From Thermoplasmata archaeon (GTDB lineage: Archaea; Thermoplasmatota; Thermoplasmata; Lutacidiplasmatales; UBA184), in assembly GCA_022750455.1 (NCBI GenBank), contig JAKIVR010000003.1, positions 4,457 through 68,456 of the forward strand: a stretch of 64,000 nt of DNA. The letters run 5' to 3'. Below are positions 37,211-45,735 of this stretch, in pieces. Positions within the stretch are counted from its first letter, which is position 1; every line of letters starts with the position of its first letter. The notes under the pieces are model-generated. The model made no database searches and was not told where the DNA came from. It worked only from the letters and a program-made list of their open reading frames with translations. Both the position numbers and the translations under genes were made by a program.

Positions 37211-38307
37211 GCGACCGGATCCACCTCGTGGACGCGGCCGTGGCCCGCCCGCTCCGCCGTCTCCACGGCTTCGCCGTCGAAGGGGTCGATGAGGACGTCC
37301 TGACGCTCGCCGTCGAGGCCACGGCCCATCTCGGCCCTCTCCCGACTGTGGAGGCGAGCCCCCGGGCGATCGCTCGGATCCGACTGGTGGGGGAGTTCGG
37401 CCCCGAGGCGGAGAAGATCCTCCCCATCGCCCTCGGGCTTCCCGGGACTCCCGTCGACCGCGAACCCGTCGGGACGGGGGGGATCGAGCACGTTCTCCAA
37501 CGGTTCGCCTCCCTCGATCAGGGCGAGCTTCTGCTGCTCGCCGAACCCTCCCGCTGGTCGTCCGCCGGGATCCCGCGCACCGGGGCGGTCGGGATCGCGG
37601 TCTGGTTCCATCCCGAGGGGTTGGTGTCGATGGGGGTCAACGTCCCCACGACGTCGGGGGCCGTTCCTTCGGCGCCGGTACCCGGCTCGCCGGTCCTCTC
37701 CCTCGAACGTCTGTTCGCCGCGATGACCTCCCTTCCCCCGGAGATCACCGGGGCGATGCCCGGACATGCGACCTGGGATCCGTCGCGGGCCCCGGTCGCT
37801 CCCGAGCTTCCCGAACCGCCGACCCGACTCCCGATCGATCTCTCGCAGCTCTCCGAGGGGGCGTACGTTCCCGGCCCCCGATACTGGGAGAACGCCGCCG
37901 CCCGATGGCGGTTCGCGGCGGACGAGTGCTCGTCGTGCGGATCGGTCACGTTCCCCCCAAAGGGTCAGTGCCGGAGCTGCCGCGATCGAGGTCACCTCCG
38001 ACGGATCGAGCTCCCCTCGGAAGGGGTCGTGGAGACGGTCACGACCGTCCACGCGGGCGCGCAACCGAGCGAGTTCGATGGCCCGGTCGAAGTCGGAGGA
38101 GCCTACGATGTGGTGCTGGTTCGGCTGACCCCCTCGATTCGTGTACCTCTCCAAGTGACCGACGCGATCCCCGGCACGCTCCGGATCGGCGACCGCGCCG
38201 GGACCGTCTGGCGCCGGCTCTACCCGATGGAGGGGGAGTGGCGGTATGGCCGGAAGGCGACGCCGCTCCGCACGACCCGAACTCCGCCCCCCGGCGCCGG
38301 CCGGTAG
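37207..38307 (+). CDS. Degenerate HMG-CoA-synthase-like N-domain fused to DUF35 (Zn-ribbon + OB-fold)
   Basis: ATG overlaps the thiolase stop; DEDVLTLAVEA (HMGS/FabH N-terminal motif); GAYVP, CSSCG..FPP...CRSC, YGRKA. Confidence 0.75.
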   Translation: MSDRIHLVDAAVARPLRRLHGFAVEGVDEDVLTLAVEATAHLGPLPTVEASPRAIARIRLVGEFGPEAEKILPIALGLPGTPVDREPVGTGGIEHVLQRFASLDQGELLLLAEPSRWSSAGIPRTGAVGIAVWFHPEGLVSMGVNVPTTSGAVPSAPVPGSPVLSLERLFAAMTSLPPEITGAMPGHATWDPSRAPVAPELPEPPTRLPIDLSQLSEGAYVPGPRYWENAAARWRFAADECSSCGSVTFPPKGQCRSCRDRGHLRRIELPSEGVVETVTTVHAGAQPSEFDGPVEVGGAYDVVLVRLTPSIRVPLQVTDAIPGTLRIGDRAGTVWRRLYPMEGEWRYGRKATPLRTTRTPPPGAGR

Positions 38308-38349
38308 GAGCGCCTCCGCCGTCCAAGCCGGCCGCCGACCCCTCGGGGC

Positions 38350-40161
38350 TTAGGCGGGGGTCGGGCTCTTCGGAGCCGCCTCGACCCACTTCGAGTTCGT
38401 CCACCCCTCGTAGATCGACTTCTGGAGAGGCGTGGGGGACTCGAGGGCGTGGAACTTGTACTTCGCGGGTGGGGGCCGGGTGGTCGTCACCGTCGCCGAG
38501 GTGAGAAGGCCGCGCCGGAAGAAGGTGAGTTCCACCGTGGAACCCGGTGGGTACCGCTTCCACGTCTCGTCGAACGACTCCGGGGCGACCCGGATCTTCT
38601 CGATGGCGACGATCTCATCCCCGGGGGAGATGCCGGCCCGACGCGCCGGGCCGCCGTCCAGGACGACGGTGACCTTGAGCCGGGACCCCTCCGTGGAGAA
38701 CTCGATGCCGAGGAACCCCTTCTCCTCCTCCGGCTCGCCGGACGGGTTTGGTTCCTTCGGAGCCGGCCCGACGCGGAGCCCCGCATAGCGGGCGAACTCG
38801 TTCGCGTCGATCTCCTTCGTCCCCCGGACGTACTGCTCGAAGAACGGTCCGAGGTCCAGCGCGGTGAACTTCTCCACGACCCCCTGGAACGCGTCGTCGT
38901 CGATGCCACGCTCCGGTCGACCGTACTCCGTCCACAGGTGGCGGAAGACGTCGTCCAATGAGAGCCGGTTCTCGGTACGGTGCCGGATCTCGAGGTCGAG
39001 GCACCAGGAGACCACGAGACCCTTCAGGTAGTAGGAGACCGACTGGTTCCGGCTCTCCTCGTACCGCTGGTACAGGTCGATCCACGCCGTGAACGACGCC
39101 TCCTCGAGGCTCCGCACGAGGCGTCCGGGGACGGTCTCGAGGACCCGGATCTGGTCCGCCATCATCTCGAGGAACTTCGCCGGGGTGACGAGCTCCGCGC
39201 GGCGGAGCAGCACCTTGGAGGCGTAGTCCGTGGTCCCTTCCATCCACCAGAGCAGGCGCGTGTAGTTCTCGCGCGTGAAGTCGAACGGTCCGAGCACCTT
39301 CGGCCGGATCCGTTTCACGTTGTACAGATGGAAGTACTCGTGCGAGGCGAGCCCGAGGAACCGCTCGTACGAGCTCTTCGGCTGGAAGCAGTTGCGCTCG
39401 ACAGCGAGCGCGGTCGACGCCTTGTGCTCGAGGCCGCCATCGGCCTTGTCGCTCAGATGGGTGAAGAAAGTGTACGAGTGAAGAGGGGTGCCGCCCATGA
39501 ACCGCATCGTCGCCTCCACGAGCTTGCGGCCATCCTCCTCGAGCCGATGGGGCTCGTAGTTCCCCGGGCCGCCACAGATGACGAACTGATGCGGAACTCC
39601 CGACGCCCGGAACGGGACCACCACGGGGGTCCCGCAGTCGATAGGCGTGTCCACGAGCTCCTCGTAGTCCTTCGCGCGCAACCGTGTCGGGTGATCCCCG
39701 ACCCGCGGAAGCTCGGCGAAGGCGGACCAGCCTTCGGGGAGGTGGAGGACGAGATCGATCGGCTCCTTCTCCCGCCCGACCACGTACGGCAGGCAGCGCG
39801 TCGCGTTGAGGAAGATGTGCTCGGTGGTGACGTCCAGGCCGTCATCCGTCGCCTCCCGGCCGTAGACGGAGTACCGGACGTCCAGCTCGGCAGAATCCGT
39901 GGACGGGATCCGCCACTCATTCTTGGACAACCGGTCGACCGTCACCGGCTCGTCCCCGGGCGCCCTCGTCACACGGAAGCCGGCGACCTCCCTCGCAGAG
40001 TCCCGGATCCCGTACGCCCCGGGCGCCCACACGGGCAGGACGATCCGCGTCTCCCGACCCCGGGTCCCGTGGATCCGGAGGCGGAACTGGGCCCGGTGGG
40101 TCGGCCCGTCGAACGATTCTAGGATGTATTCCAGTGGGTGGGACGAGGAACTTTCGGCCAC
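38350..40161 (-). CDS. M61 family glycyl aminopeptidase with C-terminal PDZ domain
   Basis: PVWAPGAY, ELVDTPI, GGLEH, HEYFHLYNVKRIRP, WMEGTTDY, SYYLKG, PDZ GPARRAGISPGDEIVAI. Confidence 0.93.
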   Translation of the reverse strand: MAESSSSHPLEYILESFDGPTHRAQFRLRIHGTRGRETRIVLPVWAPGAYGIRDSAREVAGFRVTRAPGDEPVTVDRLSKNEWRIPSTDSAELDVRYSVYGREATDDGLDVTTEHIFLNATRCLPYVVGREKEPIDLVLHLPEGWSAFAELPRVGDHPTRLRAKDYEELVDTPIDCGTPVVVPFRASGVPHQFVICGGPGNYEPHRLEEDGRKLVEATMRFMGGTPLHSYTFFTHLSDKADGGLEHKASTALAVERNCFQPKSSYERFLGLASHEYFHLYNVKRIRPKVLGPFDFTRENYTRLLWWMEGTTDYASKVLLRRAELVTPAKFLEMMADQIRVLETVPGRLVRSLEEASFTAWIDLYQRYEESRNQSVSYYLKGLVVSWCLDLEIRHRTENRLSLDDVFRHLWTEYGRPERGIDDDAFQGVVEKFTALDLGPFFEQYVRGTKEIDANEFARYAGLRVGPAPKEPNPSGEPEEEKGFLGIEFSTEGSRLKVTVVLDGGPARRAGISPGDEIVAIEKIRVAPESFDETWKRYPPGSTVELTFFRRGLLTSATVTTTRPPPAKYKFHALESPTPLQKSIYEGWTNSKWVEAAPKSPTPA

Positions 40162-40317
40162 GGACGCCGCCAGACCGGGCCCCGTTCATATGGTTACTGC
40201 GGCCACGGAACGGTCGGCGGTCGCTCCCCAGAGTTTCCGTCCCGCGAAGCCGGGGGCGCTCCCAGGGGGTCGGATGCGCACGGGTCGAGGACCGACTCGT
40301 CGAGGATTCCCGGGCGC

Positions 40318-40536
40318 TCAGGCGAATCCGGGCGGTCCTTCGTCGCGCCGGGTCGCGCTCCGGGTTCGGTACGGCTCCGCCGCGATCCCGAGATGTGTCG
40401 CGATCGCGCGGAACGTCAGGGTCATCTGCTCCATCGCCCGACCGAGCTCGGCCTGCGCTTTCTGCATCTCGCCGATCTCCTGGCGGAGTGCATTGATCTC
40501 GGCGAGGATCCGGTCCAGGTCGACCTGTTCGGGCAT
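40318..40536 (-). CDS. Small coiled-coil protein (72 aa)
   Basis: ATG 40536; MPEQVDLDRILAEINALRQEIGEMQKAQ heptads; ends PPGFA. Confidence 0.6.
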   Translation of the reverse strand: MPEQVDLDRILAEINALRQEIGEMQKAQAELGRAMEQMTLTFRAIATHLGIAAEPYRTRSATRRDEGPPGFA

Positions 40537-40615
40537 CGAGCCGGGGGACGGGGGGGACGTACTTAGTTCTGAGGTTCGGGTCGATCCGGCGGCTCTCCCC
40601 GGCGCGAGCGGACCC

Positions 40616-42202
40616 CTACCCCACGATCGGTTCGACCGGTGGCGGCGGGGCGACCGCGGCCGGGGCGGCGGCTTTCCGGGGGAGAGTCGGGAGGTGGGCA
40701 AAATCGGCGTGGCGCGAGGGCCCGAGCACCTCACGACCGAACAGGACCGCGATCCCGCCCAGGAGGGTGGCGATCCCCGCGATCCAGAACGCGTACTGGA
40801 ACGCCTCGTGGGCGGGGATCCCGAGTCCGCCGAAGACGCCGGTACTCAGGGTGTAGGTGGCGAGCAGGGATCCGGCGATCGGAGCCCCGACGCTCCCGCC
40901 GATGTTCCGGAAGACGTTGTTCATCGCCGTCGCCTGCCCCATGTCCTTCGGGTCGACGCTGAGGATGAGCAGGTTGATGATCGAGGCGTTGAGGAGCGCG
41001 ATCCCCGCCCCGATCACGAGCTCGCACAGGAGCGCCTGGGTGAGGTCCGTCGCGATGGAGACGAGGAAGAACCCCGCGGCCGTGACCGCACACCCCGCGA
41101 GCGCCAGCGGCTTCACGCCCGTGCGCGAGACGATCAGGCTCGCCACCACCGCGACCCCGGTCATCGCGAGGGCCAACGGGATGATGTCGAGGCCGGCGTT
41201 GAGGATGTTGATGCTCGGGAACGCCGAGTTGTAGCCCCCAGCCGCCGGCGGGTACTCGAACTGGTAGATCAGGGTGAACAGGGCGAGGTACATCCCGAGC
41301 CCTGCCACCGTGAGCACCGTATTGGTCACCGCCACGTTCCGTTGGCCGAGCAGCTTCCGGTCGATGATCGGCTCCCGGTTCTGGCGCTTCCACCACAGCT
41401 CGTAGAGGGCGAACGGCACCAGGAGGGCGACCCCGATCCCGGCGAAGCCGAGGGTGAGGGCCGACGTCCAGCCCCACACCTCGCCTTGGGCGAGCGCGGT
41501 CACGAGACCGGCCAACGCGCCCCCGAGGAGCGCCGCGCCGACGTAATCGACCTTGACGTTCGGACGACGGTAGGCGGATTCCTTCACCAGGAGGATCACT
41601 CCGAGCGTCAGCAGCAGGACGAACGGGATCGACGAGTGGTACGTCGCCCTCCACCCGTAGTTCTGGGAGACGTACGAGCCGAGCGGCAGGCTGATCGCGA
41701 ACCCGATCCCAAACATGGCGCTGAGGAGCCCCTGGGCGCGGGGGACGAGCTCGCGGGGGAACTCCTCCCGCACCAGCGCCATCCCGACGGGCATGATCGT
41801 GAGGCCGATGCCCTGGACGGTCCGGGCGACGACCATGAAGGTGAAGTTCGGGGAGAACCCGGTCACCGAGACCGCGGCGGCGTAGCAGAGCATGACCCCC
41901 ATCAGCACCTTGCGCTTCCCGTAGATGTCCCCGAGCTTCCCGACGACCGGAGAGAGCGCGACCCCCGAGATCGCGTAGGCCGAGATGATCAGGCTGACCT
42001 GCGCGGCGTTCACCGAGAAGTCGCGTTGGATCGTTGGGAGGGAGGGGGTCAGCATCCCCTCGATGTAGAGGACGATCATCACGATCCCCATCAGGAGGAG
42101 CATCACCCGGTTGGCGTACTTCCGGTCGAACGTCTCCATCGTCTTCGGGATGGGGGAGGTGAAAACGGACGCGGGGTTCGTCGCGGCGGTGGGGAGCGCC
42201 AT
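40616..42202 (-). CDS. MFS transporter, DHA2 (14-TMS) drug:H+ antiporter-like
   Basis: Motif A GKLGDIYGKRK, ARTVQGIG, YGWR, VDYVGA, numerous TM helices. Confidence 0.92.
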   Translation of the reverse strand: MALPTAATNPASVFTSPIPKTMETFDRKYANRVMLLLMGIVMIVLYIEGMLTPSLPTIQRDFSVNAAQVSLIISAYAISGVALSPVVGKLGDIYGKRKVLMGVMLCYAAAVSVTGFSPNFTFMVVARTVQGIGLTIMPVGMALVREEFPRELVPRAQGLLSAMFGIGFAISLPLGSYVSQNYGWRATYHSSIPFVLLLTLGVILLVKESAYRRPNVKVDYVGAALLGGALAGLVTALAQGEVWGWTSALTLGFAGIGVALLVPFALYELWWKRQNREPIIDRKLLGQRNVAVTNTVLTVAGLGMYLALFTLIYQFEYPPAAGGYNSAFPSINILNAGLDIIPLALAMTGVAVVASLIVSRTGVKPLALAGCAVTAAGFFLVSIATDLTQALLCELVIGAGIALLNASIINLLILSVDPKDMGQATAMNNVFRNIGGSVGAPIAGSLLATYTLSTGVFGGLGIPAHEAFQYAFWIAGIATLLGGIAVLFGREVLGPSRHADFAHLPTLPRKAAAPAAVAPPPPVEPIVG

Positions 42203-42705
42203 CAGGAGCTCCGGGACGCAGGGTCGTCGGCCGGTCGAAGCGCTCGGAGGGAGGTCGCCAGCTCCTGGGTCACCCGGGCGAACCGTTCCCGGTCCCCGGG
42301 GTCGAGCCGCGCCAGCCCCTCTTCGAGGAACTTCTGGCGCTCCGACGCGACCCGCTCCAAGATCTTCCGGGACCGGGGGGTCAGCGACGTCACCAAACTG
42401 CGTCGGTTCCCCTCCGGGTGGGAGCGGACGACCCAGCCGCCCGATTCGAGCGTGTTGATGCTGGAGGTGATCGACGGTCGGCTGATCCCGAACCGGTCGG
42501 CGAGCTGGGATGGGGAGAGGGGCCCCTTGACCTCCAACAGACGGAGGAACATCAACTGGAGAAGGGTGAGCGACTGCCGTCGGGCGGCCCCGTACTGGAA
42601 CATCATCACCTCTCCGATGAGCTCCTGGAGGGCGACGGAGCCCTCGACGGGTGCCTCCTCACGAGGGGCGCCGGCGCGGGCGGTCGCCGAATCGGTCCGG
42701 GTCAT
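42202..42705 (-). CDS. MarR-family transcriptional regulator
   Basis: LTLLQLMFL..L...GPLSPSQLA......PSITSSINTLE..GWVVR....NRR....SLT; coupled to the MFS gene. Confidence 0.92.
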   Translation of the reverse strand: MTRTDSATARAGAPREEAPVEGSVALQELIGEVMMFQYGAARRQSLTLLQLMFLRLLEVKGPLSPSQLADRFGISRPSITSSINTLESGGWVVRSHPEGNRRSLVTSLTPRSRKILERVASERQKFLEEGLARLDPGDRERFARVTQELATSLRALRPADDPASRSS

Positions 42706-42745
42706 ATGATTAGAATGATGGAACTATTCCGACTACTTAATGAAA
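42706..42745 (-). promoter_or_regulatory. AT-rich marR promoter/operator region (TTAAGTA box; GGAA-N3-TTCC inverted repeat)
   Basis: AT-rich island directly upstream of the marR ATG. Confidence 0.45.
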
Positions 42746-42864
42746 TGGGAGGAGCGGCGGTCGACCCCCCTGAGGGGAGGTCGACGAACCCCGGACGGCC
42801 CGCTCGGCTTCGGGCCCCGCCGTTCGTGCCGGTGTACTAGTAGGGTGAGGGAGGGTGAGGGCGG

Positions 42865-43608
42865 TTACGACCGATCCGAGTTCGGCCCGAACGGAGAGTC
42901 GGACTGGCCCTTCTCTTGGAACGGCACCCACTCGCCGCTCGTGGTCGAGAAGTCGACACGCTCTAGCTCGACCTCGAACTCCTTCAGCATCCCCGACGAC
43001 GCAGGGCGGACCGAGAACCGGTAGACGTAGATCCCGAATCCCATGAAGTTCGCCACGCGGGTGAGCACCTCTCCGAGGTGTTCCCGCGGCACCCGGACGC
43101 GGATGAGGTTCTCTCCGAGCTGTTGGGCGAACTCGTCGACGTCGAAAGGCCGCTCCAGGCTCAGGAGGCTCGTGGGAGCCGGAGGGGTGGCCGGGTCCGC
43201 TGGCTCCGGGGGGGCCGACGCGATCTCGATCGGGGCGGCCACCGAGGGGGGGTTGGGCGCCAGGTCGAGTGGGGGGCTCTCGGGCGCGGGGGGCGCCGGT
43301 GGGGGAGAGGAGGGAAGTTCGGGCGCGACGGGGGCGTTCATCTCCTTGGGGGGATAGTGATCCCGTACGGGGGACGCGTCCCGACCGACGAACTTCGGGG
43401 TCGCCTTCGCGGGGGGAGCGGGCGATCGGCGCGCGGGGGCGGCCGCGCGGGACGGCGCCTTCCGTGACGACCTCGACTTCGGACGGGGCTTCGGCTTCGG
43501 GGTGGGCTTCGACCGGACCGGGGCCGCGCGCTTCGGTTTCCCGGCGGGCTTACGGGACGTTCGGGGAGGGCGCGAGACCGGCTTTCGCTTCTTCGGACGG
43601 GAAACCAT
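42865..43608 (-). CDS. Hypothetical protein: Lys/Arg/Pro-rich disordered N-terminus plus small globular C-terminal domain
   Basis: N-terminal KPKPRPKSRS-type low complexity; C-terminal RPFDVDEF...FMGFGIYVYRF...ELERVDF. Confidence 0.7.
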   Translation of the reverse strand: MVSRPKKRKPVSRPPRTSRKPAGKPKRAAPVRSKPTPKPKPRPKSRSSRKAPSRAAAPARRSPAPPAKATPKFVGRDASPVRDHYPPKEMNAPVAPELPSSPPPAPPAPESPPLDLAPNPPSVAAPIEIASAPPEPADPATPPAPTSLLSLERPFDVDEFAQQLGENLIRVRVPREHLGEVLTRVANFMGFGIYVYRFSVRPASSGMLKEFEVELERVDFSTTSGEWVPFQEKGQSDSPFGPNSDRS

Positions 43609-43836
43609 GATGGGTCAACCCTGTGAGCAAGTTCCCAAAGCGCACCTCCCCTTAACAAGGCGGTCGAGCGGGAAGGGACGGCGGCCGTCCTGAGGGATTT
43701 TCGGTTTCGATGCGCATTTGTCGCCACGGAAGCCATGCGATTCCTCCTCATGGTAGAGCGTGACTTGTCGCTGCCGTGACGACAGATGGATTATGTAGGG
43801 ACAGGGGGATGATGCGCCCAGCGACCACCCGCCTCG

Positions 43837-45573
43837 GTGGCCGAAATCGAGAGGAAAAATATGCCCGCGAGAGTAATGAAGGAATTCCAGGCGCCGCGCG
43901 GACTGCCTCGTAAGACGGCGTCCGTGTGCCCCGAATGCATCAAGGTGATCCCCGCGGTCGTCCGCGAGAAGGACGGGCGCGTCATCATGGAGAAGACGTG
44001 CCGCAACCACGGCTACTTCTGGGACATCATTTCGAACGACGTCGACTTCTACCTCCGGATGGAGGTCTATGCCCACGACGGGGTCGGCTACGAGAACCCG
44101 TACTACGAGAAGTTCCGCGGCTGCCCGACCACCTGCGGGATGTGCAGTCACCACAAGTCGCACACCGGTCTCGCCCTGATGGACCTGACCAACCGCTGCA
44201 ATCTGAAGTGCCCGGTCTGCTTCGCGAACGCCAACGCGGCCGGCTACGTCTACGAGCCGACCCGCGAGCAGATCTACTTCATGCTCAAGACGCTCCGGGA
44301 GCAGAAGCCGGTCGGTGCCGTCGCCGTCCAGTACTCCGGAGGCGAGCCGACGCTCTCCCCGCTGTTCTTGGAGGCGTGCACGATGGCCCGCGATCTCGGC
44401 TTCAAGCAGATCCAGGTCGCCACGAACGGGATCCGGATGGCGAACGAGCCCGGCTTCGCCCAACAGGCCCGCAACGCGGGACTGCACACGCTCTACCTCC
44501 AGTTCGATGGGCTGGACGACGAGATCTACCGGAAGGTCCGGGGGGTCCCGATGCTGAAGGTCAAGCAGAAGGCGATCCAGGCCGCGCGGGAGACTCACTC
44601 CTCGGCCGAGGAGCTCGCCGCCGGGAAGCCGGACAAGCCGCTCAGCGTCGTGCTCGTCCCGACCCTCGTGGGCGGATTCAACGAGAAGGAGATCTGGCCG
44701 ACGGTGAAGTTCGCGATCGACAACCTGGACGTCGTCCGGGGCGTTAACTTCCAGCCGGTCGCCCTCACGGCGCGGATCCCCGACCGCGACAGGTTCCAGA
44801 TGCGGTTCACCCAGTCGGACCTCGTCCGGATCCTCTGCACGGACGGACCGTTCGAGAAGTCGGACTTCTTCCCCGTGCCGTCGGTGGCCCCGATCTCGGA
44901 GCTCGTCTCGATCATCCACGGCGAAGAGAAGATGACCCTGACGACCCACCCGGGCTGCGGATGCGCCACGTTCGCCTTCGTCTCGCAGGACGGCCAGAAG
45001 ATCACGCCCCTGCCCCGGTTCATGGACGTCGACGGGTTCTTCGAGAATGTCGAAGGGCTCATCGAGAAGTACCGGGACGCGCGGTTCGCTCGGGTGCGGA
45101 CGGCCGTCGCAGGAGCTCGACTGCTCCACGACGTGTCGAAGTACTTCGACTTCTCGAAGGCCCCGGAGGGTCTGAGCGAGAAGAACTGCGTCAAGGTGAT
45201 CGCGGGCATCTTCACCGAGGGGAACAAGGAAGCGCTCGCCAAGTTCACCTGGCGCACGCTCTACATCGGGAACATGCACTTCCAGGACGCGTACGACTAC
45301 GATATCCAGCGCCTCATGCGCTGCGATATCCACTACTCCGTCCCGGACGGGCGCATCATCCCGTTCTGCTCGTACAACTCGGGCCCGATCTACCGGACGG
45401 AGGTCGAGAAGAAGTTCTCGATCGCCATCCCGGACTGGCAGAAGGCGAAAGCCTCGAGCGGGATCGCGCTGAAGACCATCGAGACGATGGGCGTCAACGG
45501 CGAGGTCGTCGTGGACCCGGAGTACTACCGGATCAAGGCGCTGAAGGGCGCCCCCGGGATGAGCAGCACGTAA
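43837..45573 (+). CDS. tes: Radical SAM tetraether lipid (GDGT) synthase, Tes/MJ0619 family
   Basis: N-terminal SVCPEC...KTC..HG, GCP..CGMC..H, radical SAM CNLKCPVC, GGEPT, YLQFDG, HPGCG, C-terminal RC.IHY..PDGRIIPFC.YN; start may be ATG 43861. Confidence 0.88.
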   Translation: MAEIERKNMPARVMKEFQAPRGLPRKTASVCPECIKVIPAVVREKDGRVIMEKTCRNHGYFWDIISNDVDFYLRMEVYAHDGVGYENPYYEKFRGCPTTCGMCSHHKSHTGLALMDLTNRCNLKCPVCFANANAAGYVYEPTREQIYFMLKTLREQKPVGAVAVQYSGGEPTLSPLFLEACTMARDLGFKQIQVATNGIRMANEPGFAQQARNAGLHTLYLQFDGLDDEIYRKVRGVPMLKVKQKAIQAARETHSSAEELAAGKPDKPLSVVLVPTLVGGFNEKEIWPTVKFAIDNLDVVRGVNFQPVALTARIPDRDRFQMRFTQSDLVRILCTDGPFEKSDFFPVPSVAPISELVSIIHGEEKMTLTTHPGCGCATFAFVSQDGQKITPLPRFMDVDGFFENVEGLIEKYRDARFARVRTAVAGARLLHDVSKYFDFSKAPEGLSEKNCVKVIAGIFTEGNKEALAKFTWRTLYIGNMHFQDAYDYDIQRLMRCDIHYSVPDGRIIPFCSYNSGPIYRTEVEKKFSIAIPDWQKAKASSGIALKTIETMGVNGEVVVDPEYYRIKALKGAPGMSST

Positions 45574-45584
45574 GGCGCTCTCCC

Positions 45585-45640
45585 CCGAGGCCCCCTCGGA
45601 CGCAACCCTTTCTCCCAACCCCTTTTTCCTTCTTTTCCGT
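45585..45640 (+). terminator. Putative terminator (CCGAGG...CCTCGG hairpin plus pyrimidine/T tract)
   Basis: Just after the tes stop; CCTTTTTCCTTCTTTTCC. Confidence 0.55.
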
Positions 45641-45735
45641 AAGTGGACCGACGGCTCATCCACCGCCGTTAAGGGGGGCCCGGTGTAGGGAGGCCTCGGT
45701 AAGCTCCCTTCAACTCAGCGGGTTCCGGGTCGGTC

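Noticed and set aside
38350-38720. PDZ domain of the M61 peptidase as the receptor for the R[IV]TL tails
   Set aside because: PDZ is a standard part of M61 peptidases and the gene is over 30 kb away; nothing links them
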